This document shows, one piece after another, positions 15,218-30,062 of a stretch of DNA of 64,000 bases. A program made the translations under genes and the position numbers. The DNA is from Raillietiella orientalis (lineage: Eukaryota): NCBI GenBank assembly GCA_036172245.1, contig JAYWIR010000018.1:3410001-3474000 (forward strand). The letters are read 5' to 3'. Within the stretch, counting starts at the first letter, position 1, and every line of letters begins with the position of its first letter. Under the pieces are notes generated by a model. That model saw nothing but the letters and a program-made list of their open reading frames with translations, was not told the DNA's origin and searched no databases.

Positions 15218-18200
15218 TTAGCGCACTCGTTTCTGTTGCCTTGCCCGATACACATCATGTGCTGGAGGTGCATTAGCAGCATCGTCATCTTCAGAGTCAT
15301 CATTTCTTCTCTTCTTTCTCACTACTGTTCCCCCATCACTATCATTTTCAATGACCCACTGTACACTTTTTGCATGTTCAAATAATTTGATACTGATTTG
15401 TGAACCATTTTGTCCTGGAAGCCAAAATCCAGATTCAGGCAACTGCAATTTTAGAAAAATATCCATCAGTTGATCTACTGCTACGAAAGGTCCATGATAA
15501 CAATGTGGAGGGGGGAGAGATTGACATAATGCTGCAGTAGCAGGAGGCATTGGAAAAGCTCCTCCTGGAATGATATGCTCTCCTGGGCTATACACCAGTT
15601 TTGGTTTAAAAGGAACCATCTGTGAGAAATCTGGACGTAAATAAGTGATTTCTGAGTCAACTTCGCCTATTGTGGGGGCAGCAGTTGCAGGAATTCCCAC
15701 AAACCCAGGTAGGCGGCTTGTTTCCTTATAACTGATGGCTCTAGGCAACATACAAAGAATGGTGCATGAATAGATCTAGTCATATAATTTCACATTAGAA
15801 CGTATACGTATATATATATATATTTGTACGTAAATCTATATATGCTTGTGCATGTGTGCACATTATAAGAGCATTCATATATCAGTGAAGGAAATATAAA
15901 TAGTCATTGTTATCAAAAGCAAACACGGAAAATAAGTATTACACTCTCATTTCTAGATTACACTTGTAAATAACGTGCATTGCGACCACTATTTTTTTTC
16001 AACAGAATTTATTTGAATGCAAAACATATAAATGCAACTTTTCTTTGGAAATCATTACTCGTTAAGAACTTGGCAACTTACTTGAGCTCTCCTGTTGTGC
16101 ATGGATACAAATCCATGAACTTATAACGATCCACCAGTAAAGCTGTCTCTTTTCCTTCAAATTCTTCGATCTGTAAGCAAATCAGTAAGCATGAAACTTT
16201 CAACATTGGTTACTTTTTCCAATACAGCAGCTCTTCTCTTCTCTACTTTCACAATGCTTGATAAATCACCAATGTTGCACTCAAATTCCAAAAATTTATT
16301 CCAAATATCTCTAAAAGATAACAAAACTTTTGGTTTAAAACGTTTGTGGTCTTACACAGTATTCCTGGGGCTCAAGGTACCAGAAGTTAAAACTCGTTCA
16401 AAGAGTACACGTGTGTTGTTGTCCTCTAAGTTATTAAAAAAAAAATTATATTAGCTTGGATTTAAGATAATCTAGAAAGTGTAAACAAAATAAACATCAA
16501 GATGACAGCAATGAAGTCATTCTCATGATAGCCTCCATAAGTTCTATGGCTGCACTCATTAAATGACAATTAATTACAATAAAGTGGGTTCATGTCTCTT
16601 AATGCAAAACAAAATGTGTAGCTTCACTGGAAATTCTACCTATACAGTACGTATAGATATAGTTTCTTATACACAGTATGCATAAGTAATGTCATGAGAA
16701 GCAAAAAATCAAACACTGCAACTACTGGAATTCACAAAATAGCAGTAAAGTAACTTATGGAGAAAAAAATTATCTACAGTTATTATTTTATTATTTACAT
16801 ACCATTCAGATGTGATAAATAATCAATATACGCTAAAACATAATCTGGGTTGTCTCCAAATTTCTTCAGACCCAGTTCAAAGATTTTAAAGGCAACTCCT
16901 TTGTCTTTACTGCAGTAATATTCCATTAGGGCTGCAGCAACATAGGCATAGTAATGAGTACGAGAATCCTCTCTTGCTCTTTTAAATACAGCACGAGCTG
17001 ATTTTATTCCCTCAGCACGCCGGGTAAATTTCATGTATTGTACATATCCCTATATTACAGCATGACTAATGCTTTTATGTTTTAAGAACTCACTAAAGTT
17101 GGATCAATGTCCGGAATATCCAAAAAACGAGTGTAAATCTGATGTACTTTGTCATATTTCATACGACCTTCTTCATAATCAGCATATGCAAAATACAAAA
17201 GCTGGCATTTCTTCAGCACTCCTGAAGTTGCCCGTTCATAGAATTGGGCCACTTCATCTGCATAGACACGGCTAGCATTGACATCCTATACAATAAAAGT
17301 TTTTTTTGTACAATGCGTGCTCATAAAAAAATCCAAATTCCAGAAATTCTTCACATACCCCTTTTTCTAATAAGACTTTGCTACTGTGTTCCAAAAATTG
17401 AGCTGCTTCATACCAAATATCTGGATGATGACTTAAGCAGAGTAATGCTTGCTCATAAGCAAACATAACTCTTTTAGTTAGAAGTGATGTGTCTTCTGTG
17501 CGCAAGGGATTTAACTTTTCCCATGAGATATATTTTTTCCAAAGATCGACCTAAAAAATGTTATGATTTGGAGAATTTTGAATTGTAAGTGCAGACCTGC
17601 CTAAGTTCTTCAGGATGCCCTGTGGGAGGAATGCTAGGTATACCTCTATTCAATCCTCTGGTAATTGCTTCCATTTCCTTGCCTACACGCCGAGCATTCA
17701 TGTAATCTCTAGAACGCTCCATAATCATCTTCTCAGCAATAATAGGATTGATACTATGTTCATATGCAATATACTCTTTCCAAAAGATTTCAATGTTCAC
17801 CATTGGATTGACTACACCTTTTTGATAAACCTATGCCAACAAGGCAAATATTTCCATAAGACATTATTCCGAAATATACCTTTCTTATAGCAGAAATTTT
17901 TTGATTTTCAGCATAACTACCAACAGCTTCTACGCTTTTAAGGAAAGCCACATAATCATTCCATAAGGAATAGCTCTGGAAGTCCATACCAATTTTGTCC
18001 AAAGCAAAGTCATATGCCTGAGCCATTTTCTCTCTAAGTAACAGTGAAATCTAAATTCTTGAGGATTCGAGAATAGATAAAATGCGCTATTAGAAAACCC
18101 AATTCATGTTGTAAGATAATTGAGCCAGAAATTAGTCCCCATCATAACAAGAGAGCTTACTTATAAGTTGATAACGCTGCTTTGGTTTCTTTAACATAAG

Positions 18201-20959
18201 TAAGGTAAGCCTTCCACAGATCGATGTTTAAAACTTTCATGAGGCATCGTTGGAAAAGCTTACAATAAATAAAATAACATTAAACATGATGGAAAGAAGA
18301 TTCTTATTTTACATTCTTGGGATTATTGATAGAAAAGCAAGGCTACAATTTTTGGCAACTAATTGTTAAAGGAACAGAGGATATCCATTTTAATTAAGTG
18401 GTCTTTTGATTGCTAATATGTAGATATACTATGAGAAAAAAGGTATATCTACACTCATTTAAATAGTATGTTGTCTGAGTTTGAAAAGTCATCTTATAAC
18501 GCCAAAATTGCAACATTACCTTCTATGCTCACCCAAAAATGTTGTGTTTTTAAATATTTAATAAATCGAGAAATATTGAAGCATTTTTTTTACTATTTCA
18601 AAAAAGTAACATTTCTTAATTTTGACAGAAAAATATATGAATCAATCTGGACTTAGCATGAATCTTATATTGGTTAAAACTGATGAAAGTAAGGGATCAA
18701 TAGAAATAACATGGCTATACATAGGAATTCACAGAGCCAAAGTATCATTAACCCTCTAAGTATACCCCAATAAAAAACCATTAGTAGTACATCTTTGCAT
18801 ATCTTTATTTCTTATAACACTTCACAGAAATAAAGTATTCATAAAGAAAAAAAGATTTCTGATCAACATAATACACAGATATTCAACACATACCTTCTCC
18901 ACTCTCTCGAAGTTTCGAGCCCTCATCTAGAAATAAACATTCCAAATTAACAGTAGATAACAATCAGTATCAAACATCATTAATTTGCAGTGTTATTAAT
19001 GTATGTTTGGAATTAGGACACATGATATTAAGCCATTTCAAAGTAGTAGAAAATGGTAATCAAGTACATTAAAGTTCAATCTATGTGTTAATCACAGTTC
19101 CACGGCTCTGAAATTGCACACTAATGTGAAATCATTATGTTATTCTTAATCTCTCTCATGCAAATAATTCAATTATTTAGCTAATTCTGATTCATATCAA
19201 TTTTTTTGATTCAGTAATGTAATATGCCAGTTTCTTAAATATATTCTTCATAATTGGTTCTAATGAAAAAAAAGAAACCAATACTGTTTCCCAAGGTCGC
19301 GATGACTGAAAGTTTGTGTTTAATTTAAAAAACTTCCATATTACAATAGAATTGCCAACTATGAGAATGTGAATTTGAAAATTATTATGTATGCTTATAC
19401 TTCATGTAGACCATGATATGGTTGTATGCATTCGTCTTGTAACTTCTGTTTATTTTAGTAGATTAATCATAACTAGTGTTGTTTACAGAATTGAAATATT
19501 CGTTAATCATGTCGTAATATTCAGCAAACATGTAGTGTAGCATGCAATAATCATGATTCACTAATGCTTCCCTAAGGTGTGCAAACTACTGCTGAAGAAG
19601 GTAGTTACATTCAAATGGACCAAAAGAGCATCAGAAAACAGGGAAATCCATGCATACATACAAATTCGCACTCTCTTCTTTGGTTGCACAAATTTGAACA
19701 TAACATTTTACTTCTTGCCTTACAGGAAACGAACACCTAATGTTTTAAATAAAAAAAGTATTTTCGCAAACATCTGATGTTGATTCCAAGTTCTTTTGCA
19801 TCTAACAGATACGTATACATATACATGCATACACACAGATACATTTAGAGACAAATGTTCAAGTACAAAACCTTAAACCAATTCTTGACCATATATTTAA
19901 ACAAACTAAAAGGAATGCAATTGAGCAACTAGCATGATGCTACCACGCTGTTTGAAAAAGATTTCTAGAGTCAATAAAAAAATGAATTACAACAATTTAA
20001 AATGAAAGACAACATAATGGTGAAGAGTTTCTTTTAACATTCACTCAGAGTTAACATCATTTGAATACAAGTCTTATTCATTAAAATATATTTTAAATCC
20101 ATTAATATTATGCCTGAATAAGCTACACAAAAACATTTGCTTTCACTAATAATAAAAGCAGTTTACAGATTACTAATGTGTGGAAATAGTTCCAACTCAA
20201 CAATTCAGAAATTTAGAATTTCGAATATTTCTAAAAACAAATATCACCACTGTATTAGTCTGATTTTATAATTTCAAAATTACCAAAAAAATGACTAGAG
20301 TTTCCATTAGAGACATTGAAAATAGTACTAATATAATATGAGGCAATAATAACAATGAATTCTTGTATGTGCTTTTATTACAGAGCACTCAAAGGGCTTA
20401 TCAAAATACTTTATTAATTAAACAACAAAAATACCAATCAATAAAATCTGGAAAAATAAAAACATGTCTTTTTGTAATTCCCTTCAATAATAAACAAATT
20501 CTAGGTGACAACACACATTCATTTCAATTACATTCATTACTGATACAACAGTGAAATAAAAATTTTTATTTATTTGACAACTTAAAGTAAAAAAAGGCAT
20601 AAATTTTTGAATTTAAAAAATAGGATCAGTACAATAAAAGCATTTATATTTCCACATATACATGGATCCACTGCTGATGATTTCATATTTTTTAATATCC
20701 ATCTAAACAAAATGAAGTTCAATAATACCAAGATGCTCAAATAAATAGTAACTGCCACTATCAATACCTCCATCTCAATATAGATCTTCCAAAATCTGCC
20801 AGTGGTAGGAAAGCATTGCAGAAGTCTTTCAAAAACAACTCTAACTTCTTCGAGTTTTCGAGTCTGTGCCTCTCTTATTATCAGACTCCATGCTTCCAAA
20901 TCAAATGGATTATCTTCAGTGGCCTTCTGGGCACGCTTCAGTTTTTCATTTATAAATTC
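15218..20959 (-). CDS. CSTF3: Cleavage stimulation factor 77 kDa subunit / suppressor of forked. Exons 20959-20768, 18926-18894, 18258-18161, 18033-17880, 17830-17597, 17550-17359, 17285-17094, 17049-16803, 16425-16356, 16310-16214, 16170-16082, 15740-15218. The start codon lies in an upstream exon
   Basis: 2121-nt open spliced frame with HAT-repeat motifs: [107 protein letters not shown] and C-terminal [16 protein letters not shown]. Confidence 0.97.
20565..20574 (-). terminator. Candidate intronic poly(A) signal (overlapping AATAAA pair) in the CSTF3 intron after YIEME
   Basis: Minus strand reads TAA(20582)-gttgtca-AATAAATAAA, followed by GU-rich tracts (ctgttgtatc; tgtgtgttgtc at 20507-20517). 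Confidence 0.55.
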
Positions 20960-21233
20960 CTGAAAAGACACAAAATAATGCACACTTACAACTATACAGA
21001 TAAACCTAAAAACTAAAAAGTTCATCCGAAAAACTGACATGTGAACAACAAAATCTGTCTAATGGAAATTTGTTTCATGCTAATGAAAATGAAAGTCAAA
21101 ATGAAATGATAGGAAACATGGCTCTGGTAATTATAGTTTGCACCTATTTTCGCAATTTCAAGAGTTCGAACAACATCCTTGAAATTCACATTGCATAAAA
21201 ATCTCATAACAGTAATATGATGAATAAATACAC

Positions 21234-21278
21234 TTGAATTCCATCATTTTTCATAATTTTATCATTATGAAAAACCAT
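21234..21278 (-). CDS. Possible CSTF3 N-terminal exon (MVFHNDKIMKNDGIQ)
   Basis: Acceptor atttttatttcag, then ATG and 15 open codons, then a phase-0 GTGTAT donor in frame with the exon at 20959. No homology support. Confidence 0.35.
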
Positions 21279-23210
21279 CTGAAATAAAAATGACTTGATT
21301 AAATAATCATCTGTAAAAACGACTATGCATAATGATACATATGAGAAATGCCTATCTGAGGATGAAAATGCCTGAAAAAGGAAAGAAATTCAATATGGGC
21401 AATAGGCAACGGAAGAGTGATACAAAAGAAGAAAAACATAATTTCTTTACACTGAGAAATCCAAAAAACTACAGAGAAAGTTTGGAAGCATAAGAGCACA
21501 CAATATTCCTTTTTTAAAAATGATGATCTTCTGTAAGAAAAGCATTACATAACATTGCAAACTTGAATCGAAAATCAAATGAAAGACGAACGTAAGAAAA
21601 CAATATTTCTACATTGCTTTTCCTGTTCTGCATAAATATGAGCATATGTGTAAAGTATCCAAAAAAAAAAAACGGAAAATTCCAGTCTGATTGTTTCCTC
21701 AATTTATAGTATATGCACTTGATACTTAGGTGTATGTGTTTAGATTTCAATTAATTTAAAATGGATTTAAAATTATCAATGTTTTCTCACAAACGTATAC
21801 ATTTAAGAACATTTGTTTCAGCATGTTAAGGAAGCAACTGCTAAAACAAATGCGTGATGCAAGCTTCAATGATGCTTGTTTCAGAATGGAAAAACAATCT
21901 GATAGAAATCAACAAGATATATAATCCGAAATTTAATTGCACTTTGAACACATTCAATGAATCATTGAATTTTTTGAACATAAACAATAGGTCAACTGTT
22001 TAGAAATGATGGAGAATGCTCTACAATTATGAATTGTGTTTCCCATTAATTGCATTTTCCTGAAAATTGATTTTAACTGGGCAAAATGTTAAGATTCTGA
22101 TAAAAGATAGTCATTGACCTCTGGGATTAGTGTGCCTTTCAAAACAATCTTTATGAATACCTATAAGATCTATAAGATATATTGGTTTCCATCTCAAATC
22201 TCTCACTAATTTTGCATTTTGTGTGTCATGAATCACTGCTTACTGCCATACTAAAACATCTTCATTATTATAAGCAAGCTTCAATGGAAAATGACTTCAA
22301 AAATGGCAGTTTGATTAGAAAAAACAATTCATGTTCCAAAGAATTCTCATGGTAAAATTGTATAACTGCATTTCATATTTATGAATAAAATACTCTGAAA
22401 TAAATTGCTGCTACATTGCTACTACATTTCCTACAAATTTATTCCCTACTTTTCGTACCCTATCGTATTTTAAATCCATAAAAAAATATTTCTTTGCTTG
22501 TTTGGTGTCGGAAAAATGCAGCTATTTGCAGTTAAACTTTGAATGCACTTATTTTGAAAGAGAATGCACTGTTAGGCACTGGGATATACAAATGGTAAAA
22601 TATTATGGCTTCTCTAATTCTTGAGTTTTGCTCCGGAAAATCAAAAACAAATGCAGTTCGCGGAAAATTTGGGTTCATTTGCACAGTTGGCTAAATTATT
22701 GTGGAAAAGTAATTCACAGCAACTTCATCTAATTTCAAATGACTAATTGACAATCTCATCACATTGTTATAGTGAATCAGGCAACCCTTAGACAATAGAA
22801 ATGTCATACAGATGAAAAATCACGATTTTCTACAGAAATTAGATGATCGTTAACTACTGCTCACTGCTCAATTGCTAATATAAAAATGTCTCATATAATC
22901 TCTTGAAATTCTAAAATTACAGTTTACAATGAGTAAGAATTTACCATTCCCAAATCCAATTCAAATGAAAAACATGAAGAGTCAGCAAATGTCAATTACA
23001 GTTACAGCTCCTGAAAAGTTTAAGACAATAAGCATATTAAAGTTTACAGATGACTTAGTTTTTGACAGTACACATTTAAATTATACTCAATGTTAAAGCT
23101 ATGGTATAAAATTATCAGGCTTTATTGAATGATTTTGGTATTTGAACAATGAAGATATCTAAATGGTTTCCCAAATGTGCACTATTTTAGTTAAGTACTG
23201 TAAGTACACA

Positions 23211-23231
23211 ATATATATATACATATACATA

Positions 23232-23267
<36 letters not shown>

Positions 23268-23272
23268 TATAT
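23211..23272. repeat. Compound (AT)n/(ATAC)n microsatellite
   Basis: Directly visible: atatatatat acatatacat atacatacat... Confidence 0.9.
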
Positions 23273-26200
23273 GAGTACATTAACAAATTTAACATACGTG
23301 TAAAAAAAAAACTCCTTAACATTCACAGATTGATTTTGTCAACATAAATTTCATACATAGTTCTTGTTGATTACCATGAAATGAACATAATATTCTATTG
23401 TCAATTCACAACTTACATATTAAGCATATACTAAGAATCATTTATGATCATAAATTCTGTGATAAAAAGACTGTGATGTGATATTTCCCATAGATAACCA
23501 ATCACCAATGATACAGCTGTTAAATTTTCATTTACGGTTTTTGATAAAGTGCCCTTCAATAAAGCACATGAAAAAAAAACTGCACTTGAAAATTACTCCA
23601 AATACTTCAAATGTCCCAAACATCCGGCTCATGTAGAATAGTTTCACATAAAATATCGGAAAAACTGCATCAAAGTAATACATATTAGTTCAAAATGAGA
23701 AATTCAAAAACTTAACAACAATCCAAATTACACATGTGAAATAAAATCATTGAAAGCCATTCCACAAATTATCATGCTACAACCTTTACAATCCCGAATA
23801 TTTTGTTGCAAAGGACTGAAAATGTTACAAGGCACTTGATATAAAGCATTAAAAAGTGATCATTAGCATACATAGGTAAGAAAAAACAAAAAAAAAATCT
23901 TTGAGTCACAAAAATTCCTTAACAAGCATTTCTCAACAAGCAAAATAAATGTGGCTTTTGGATGATTTATGCCTTGATGATTGCCAGTCGAAGATTACAA
24001 AAACTATTTTCACTTTAAAAATAAATGTTTTACAACTACAAATTTGACAACACAGTTTTCTTTATAGTAAGCAATTTTCAAATTCTTACTGACGATGCCA
24101 AACAGTGTATACCTGCTTTTCATATTTTTTCAAGCTGCTATGTTTTCTAAAAAACTTATCCTCCATTTTAAAGAATTCTATCTGGCTCCATGCATTTTTA
24201 ATTCCACCTTTAATTGGATCATTCTAAATTCTTCATTTTTGTCAGCATATTTCAAATATATATAATTCTCATTACTACATCAAAATGGAAGTTGGGAATT
24301 AGGAATTAATTATTTCATAATAAAAAAATCAACTATGTATGCTGATTGCATAAATATAAACTCTTAATGACCACAAATCCTAATGGTCACATAATAATTC
24401 ATATTATTACTTTAAAAAACCAGCATACATAAATAACAGCCAGACTATCAAAATTTTTTTCTTTACCTAGCCATTATTTTTCACATTTTTCATGTTCACT
24501 ATCATAAGCTAACTGAAGACTAAGCACAGAAATAAATCACTCTTAATTGCAAGACTCCAAAATTTGATCATGTAAACATGACTGAAAACTTACTTTACAT
24601 TAGTTGCTAATTACTTTGTAAATACATAATTTAATTTTTTGGAAAATTTCATGCACCAAACAGGAAAAACTCATTATATTGAGACCATTATTAATTAACT
24701 GACACAATGTGGTCGTATGTAAATAATTTTTTTGTTACATAAAACATGATACTAAATGAGTCATTGATAATGTGTCATTTCTGATATATTTACCCTTTAT
24801 AACTAGAAAGTAAGATATTTATTTTACTGAAAGCCAAATTTTCTCAAGAAATAAAATAATGTTTAGAGTACTAGTAAAATTTTTATGAAGATTCACGAAA
24901 TCTTGTAATTTTTGTTAACTTATGTTCTCTGTTTACTTTCATTTGATGAGTGGATTATTAAATTGTTTCATCAAGCATGAAATCTGGTTTTCATTCTCAA
25001 ATTCCAGTCACTAAAACAACACACACTTTCTCTTTCCAAATAATAGCAATCTTCATTAGTATGTACATATCTTATAAACTTGCTCTCTTTCCCTAAATAT
25101 ATATTAATATGCCTGACTTGATATGAATAAGTATGGCTTTTTGATGTCTACTAATAACAAATGTCTTCTCAATTTCCCCAAATTAACAGTCCATTTATGA
25201 AGTAACACATGCAGCTCATTTTCTAAACAGTTTTCCATAACTGATACCTGAAACTTCTTCAAAAACAATAGAAACACACAAATATTGCTTAGAATAAATA
25301 AAACTGAAATTAATAAATTACTATTCCATATGCATTACTTTGCAAAACATTTAAATCACTTTCCACAAAACATACTCAGCAAAAGAAGGACAAATCCACT
25401 GACTATAACCATTAATTTCCTTGAAACATAGATTTCACAAGAACCTCGACATTTTCCAAAGCATAATTAATTCCTTTTTAATGAAAATCTATCTCACAAT
25501 ATTCTAGCTATTGACATCTCAAAATAGAAATCTATCTCACAAAAATCTAAGCAATTCACAAAAAATAAAATACACAAAATACCTACACTTTTCAATAATT
25601 CATCAAAAAGGTTGCCAATTTGACATTATTAAATTTCAGTTTTGTCTTGATTGCTACAAAGTATTTGATTAGGGTGATTTAAAAACACTGTACTTCTCAA
25701 CAAGATGCATTTCTCTACCCACTTCCAACTTAAGTGAGAAACAAATCACAGAATGTAGCAAGAAAATGTTTTCCAAATTTAATGAAACTACTAAACAGCT
25801 ACAATTAAAATTTCAAGTGATCCAGCTAAAACTATTTTGAACTCCACACATGAAAAAAAAACCACAACTTGATTGTTTTCAAAAAACCTTTCAAAAAATC
25901 TTATCTCTCAAATTTTAAACATAATTTTCGGTTTATTTTTGCAGTCTTTTAAGTAATTTTTAACATGCTGCTAAATGCTATCAACTGTCAACTCTTTAAT
26001 CCTGTAACAATGATAACATCAATGCTACTAGAAAGACAGACAATAAACTTTCAAGACTTTAGTCACTGTTATCACTGAAACATATTTTTGTTACAAATAC
26101 ATAAGGAGTCTATATACTTATCGAAAAGTAGAAATGGTTACTGCATTAAATATATTACACAATACTAATAGCAACGTAAATAAGTTTACATTACTAATTC

Positions 26201-27007
26201 AGTCAATGTTGATAAGCTAAAGAACAAACATCTCATAATATGAACATGTTCCTTGAATGCTTGAGTTGTTTCTTGAATTTAAGTAATTTATTCTGAAAAT
26301 ATCCTAACTTTATCTTAACTTAAACGTTGTCAGATTTACAGGGGATGCAACTTTCAGTAATACTTTAGGAATCTTGAATTTTTCTATTAAAATTACTGAA
26401 CTCCATGTTAAATTGTTCATTTTACATACAGTGCTCAGGCAATAATAAAAATTTTCCTCAAAATGCTTGTTTACTTTCAAGTTTCCGTCAGCTAAAACTT
26501 GGAAAAACACGATCCATTGGGAATGCCGGCCCTTATTCTGTATAATCTAACTGTAATCTGCTCTTTGTACAAAATAAATCTCACGAACTTGTGATTTCAT
26601 TCTCTAATAAACTTTCATATTCAAAAGCCTCAATTAATTTAAGGAAAAAATTTTCGCATCAGCCCTTCGGTGAAAACGCTGCACAAATATCCTTGCTAGT
26701 AAATATTCTAAAGTTTTTAAAATGGAATTATGTGAAAAGTACCTTACCTTCGGCACAACTGAAAATTTCTATTTCAACTCATATTGCATCCCAATCACAT
26801 ATCAAAAAATTTCTTGCATCAGGAACTCATTGTTTATCGATTTACTTATTGGTTAATTAATTCTGAAGTAGTTTTTCTCAGAATTGGGGAAAAAATTTGC
26901 ACATAACCTAAATCGTCGCAAAATACATTATTATGGCAAGAATATTCAAAATCGGTAAGTAGACTAGTTGGGGAACTGCTTTAAAAACAATTTCAAAAAA
27001 TACTCAC

Positions 27008-27100
27008 CATTATTTCTTTTTAAAAATGGGCACGTGCACAAAAATCCCCTCTTACAAATACAACAAAGTTAACATTGTTTGCAGAGGTTAACCATGAACG
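27008..27100 (-). other. Probable first exon of CSTF3, ending ATG|GTGAGT; 5' boundary unknown
   Basis: Minus strand aaagaaataATG|gtgagta is a consensus donor directly after an ATG, and is phase 0, compatible with the exons at 21278 and 20959. It lies where CpG density rises (promoter-like). Confidence 0.55.
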
Positions 27101-28260
27101 TGCAAAAGCATCCGAACTAGTTTCCATAGCAATTATGCTGTTTCTTTCTGGCATAAGGATTTTAATTGTTTTTCGTATTTGCGGTGCATTATTGCTTTCA
27201 TGTGGTTATGTGCACCTATTAAAAACTTTAATGACAAATAATATAATTTCTTGACGTGTTACAGGCAAATGTGAACTTTTGTGTCTTATTTTTCCGGATT
27301 CTTTTTCCTTTCTTAAAAAATTTCTTCTTCGATCTTGGTTTCAAATTTATTTCAAGCTTCAAAATCGAATGCTGATTTGTAATGCTTCCCTCAGTTCGAG
27401 CTTATCTGCTTTTTTTAACCATTGCAATTTTCCTTTGGGTTTTTAAATTTCCTTGTTATTCGGTTATTCGTTTTATATTTTCATATTCGTTGAATATTTA
27501 TTCGTTTACATTTTTCAGCAAGGAATCCGTCCATAATTCTTTTGTATAGCTATTATTAAAATGTATGCTTTTGTTGGATGTCTTTTCCATATTCCCAGTT
27601 TTCTGAATATATGGAGTTCAAAGTGACAAACATTTTCGCAAATGTTAACTCTGTTGCACTTCCTCCTAGATTTACAGCGGTCCATTTTAAAGTCATCAAA
27701 ATCTCGCACGCTTTGAGGTTTAGTCTGATTTTTGATGAGTCTTGATTCAGCAAATACATAAAAGAAGTAAATTTTTTTAATATTCTAGGAAAGTTTGTTA
27801 GCCCAATCAAGAAAGAGAAAAAAATTTCTAAATGATTTTGATGCATGAAGGAAAGCATGAAATCCAAAAGAAAAAGCATGAAATCTTTTTGATGGATAGT
27901 CAAAATATACGGTAGCTCTCAGAAATAAAGGTCAGCTTTAATTCGTTTTAATCCATCCCGTTTCGAATGCAGCTGATTTCGTGATCCATCTTCTAATCAG
28001 TTGGTCAGAGATTCTGAACTGTGAAAGAAGCTTTCGTGGATAATGCTTACATGAGTGATCTAATTACCAATCTAGAGTGAGCTCTAAGTAGATAACAGAA
28101 CTGAAGTAATCCGATAAGCATAAAAATGATAGTTTTGAAAGGGAATCAAATGAAGTCCTTGCCTATTTAAGGCAAATGGAAAACACGGTTGAGAAAAAGC
28201 TTGAATTCTGAAGAATGAGGAATAGTCATTTTTTCCAACTTAAAGAATTGAAAATTTATA

Positions 28261-28268
28261 TATCGATA
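28261..28268. promoter_or_regulatory. DRE-type motif TATCGATA in the CSTF3/ARFRP1 divergent region
   Basis: Exact motif; function inferred from position only. Confidence 0.3.
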
Positions 28269-30054
28269 GTCATTTTAAATAACATATATTTCATTTTCAC
28301 ACATTCTTGAAGACATTTTTTGGTAGCAATCAAAAATAAACCAATTCAAAAGAAAATTAAACCAAACAAAATAAGGCAATTTAGGATATTTAAAATGAAC
28401 AAGGCTGATTTTTTCATTTTAGTATTATTAGTCTAGACTTTAAAGGCATTATGAAGACGGCAATTATTAAAAATAATTCATTGATATTAGCTGCTCTTCT
28501 CATATTCTTAGCATAGTTATTTGTCAGTGATGATTATTTTTCAAGGAGAATAGTTTTACAAAATGCATTCTATGCTTTTCTAATTAACGTTTTGGAAACT
28601 TTCATGGATATTATTTTCGGAGAAGTAAATCATGGTATTTCATTAGCTTTGTCTTTTCACTGTACATAATCCTATCTGTAAAGATCCCCTATGTTTGGTT
28701 GAGAAATTTTTGTTAGCAACATTCATAAACCAACTATTCTTAATAAATAATTAATTATGGATAGATTTCATTTGACTTCATACTGTCCTTCACTATTTGA
28801 AATGTTAGATTTTATGGATATAAGCATTTTGGTTTTACATTTCTGGTATTGCATGCATGATTCTGCAACTTTATGTTACAATTTTTTTTCCATTTGAGTA
28901 CAGGAGAAGCTTAATAAACGAATGGTGAAACATTCCATAGAGCTTCAATCTTAATTACAAATTAGTTGATTAAGATTCTTTAAACCATTCGTTTATTTAT
29001 TTCATCTAGACAGTTATTCATAGATGTTTACTATTATGTAAATACAAATATAAAGCACTCATGAAAACTTCACTTGAAAGGACCCCGTTTAGTTTGCAGA
29101 AACACTTAATTTCTTTATAATAATGGGCACAAAAATCCGATTCGTATTTCTCAAATGCAAATAATATATCTTTCCTCTAAGAAGAATGGTTGAAAAAGTT
29201 CTTTTAATAATCAGAAATTCAAATGGTCAGGAATATCTACAAGTAGTTACGCAGGATGCTCAACTGATTAATTTGATTGCATGTAATATTCATCAAAAAT
29301 TAAAAAAAGTTTTTAATATCTCTGTGACATATCAAAACATTACTGCATCCTTTTAAAGCCTTCTTAAATCGAATATGAAAGTCAAATTTTTTTGTGGAAA
29401 GCTTTGATCTATGTAAAATACATACAAACACATGAAAAGCTTCAATAATGTGATTCAGTTATCCTGCAATCTATTTCATGTGACTTTACTTAAATAATCG
29501 TCGATAATCCATGAATACTATGTAACAGAATTAGAAAAAACAAAGAGAAACTTTTGCGCGATGACTTTAATGATGCTTCAACAGACTTTGCAACATTTAT
29601 TAGTCCATACACATAGACACACAGATAATTATTATGGACTATTTTTCAAACAGCGAATTAGGTAACAAATTAGATACAGCATTATGGAATATTCCTTTTG
29701 AGTCCGGTTCATTAGTGGAACTTTTAATCCCCTTGTCAATCAGCTGCATCGAAATTGAATTTGTTTCTTCGACCTGTTAATAAATTTGCCATCACAGAAA
29801 TCAGTTTTAAAAAATTTATAAAATAAATCGATCAGAGATCTTTGGAATCATTTCCTTAAGGGTTTTGTAAGCACAAGTATTGAAGTCGAAATGAAGCTTG
29901 CTGGTGGAAAAAGATGATCTTTAAATGCTTCAAAGATCCAAATATTCAAGCTCTGAAGAGCATATATGATGAATGCAAACTAGTTACATGTTTGCCAAAC
30001 CTACAAGTGATTCTAAAGATAAAGTAGTGGATCATTATTCCATAGTTTAGCACG

Positions 30055-30062
30055 TATCGATA
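30055..30062. promoter_or_regulatory. DRE-type motif TATCGATA upstream of ARFRP1
   Basis: Exact motif about 510 nt upstream of ATG 30569. A GTGAGT donor at 30460 and an AG at 30560-30561 suggest a 5'UTR intron downstream of it. Confidence 0.4.

Noticed and set aside
27515..27903. 115-aa and 64-aa minus-strand ORFs upstream of CSTF3
   Set aside because: Non-ATG starts, low-complexity AT-driven composition and no family motifs.
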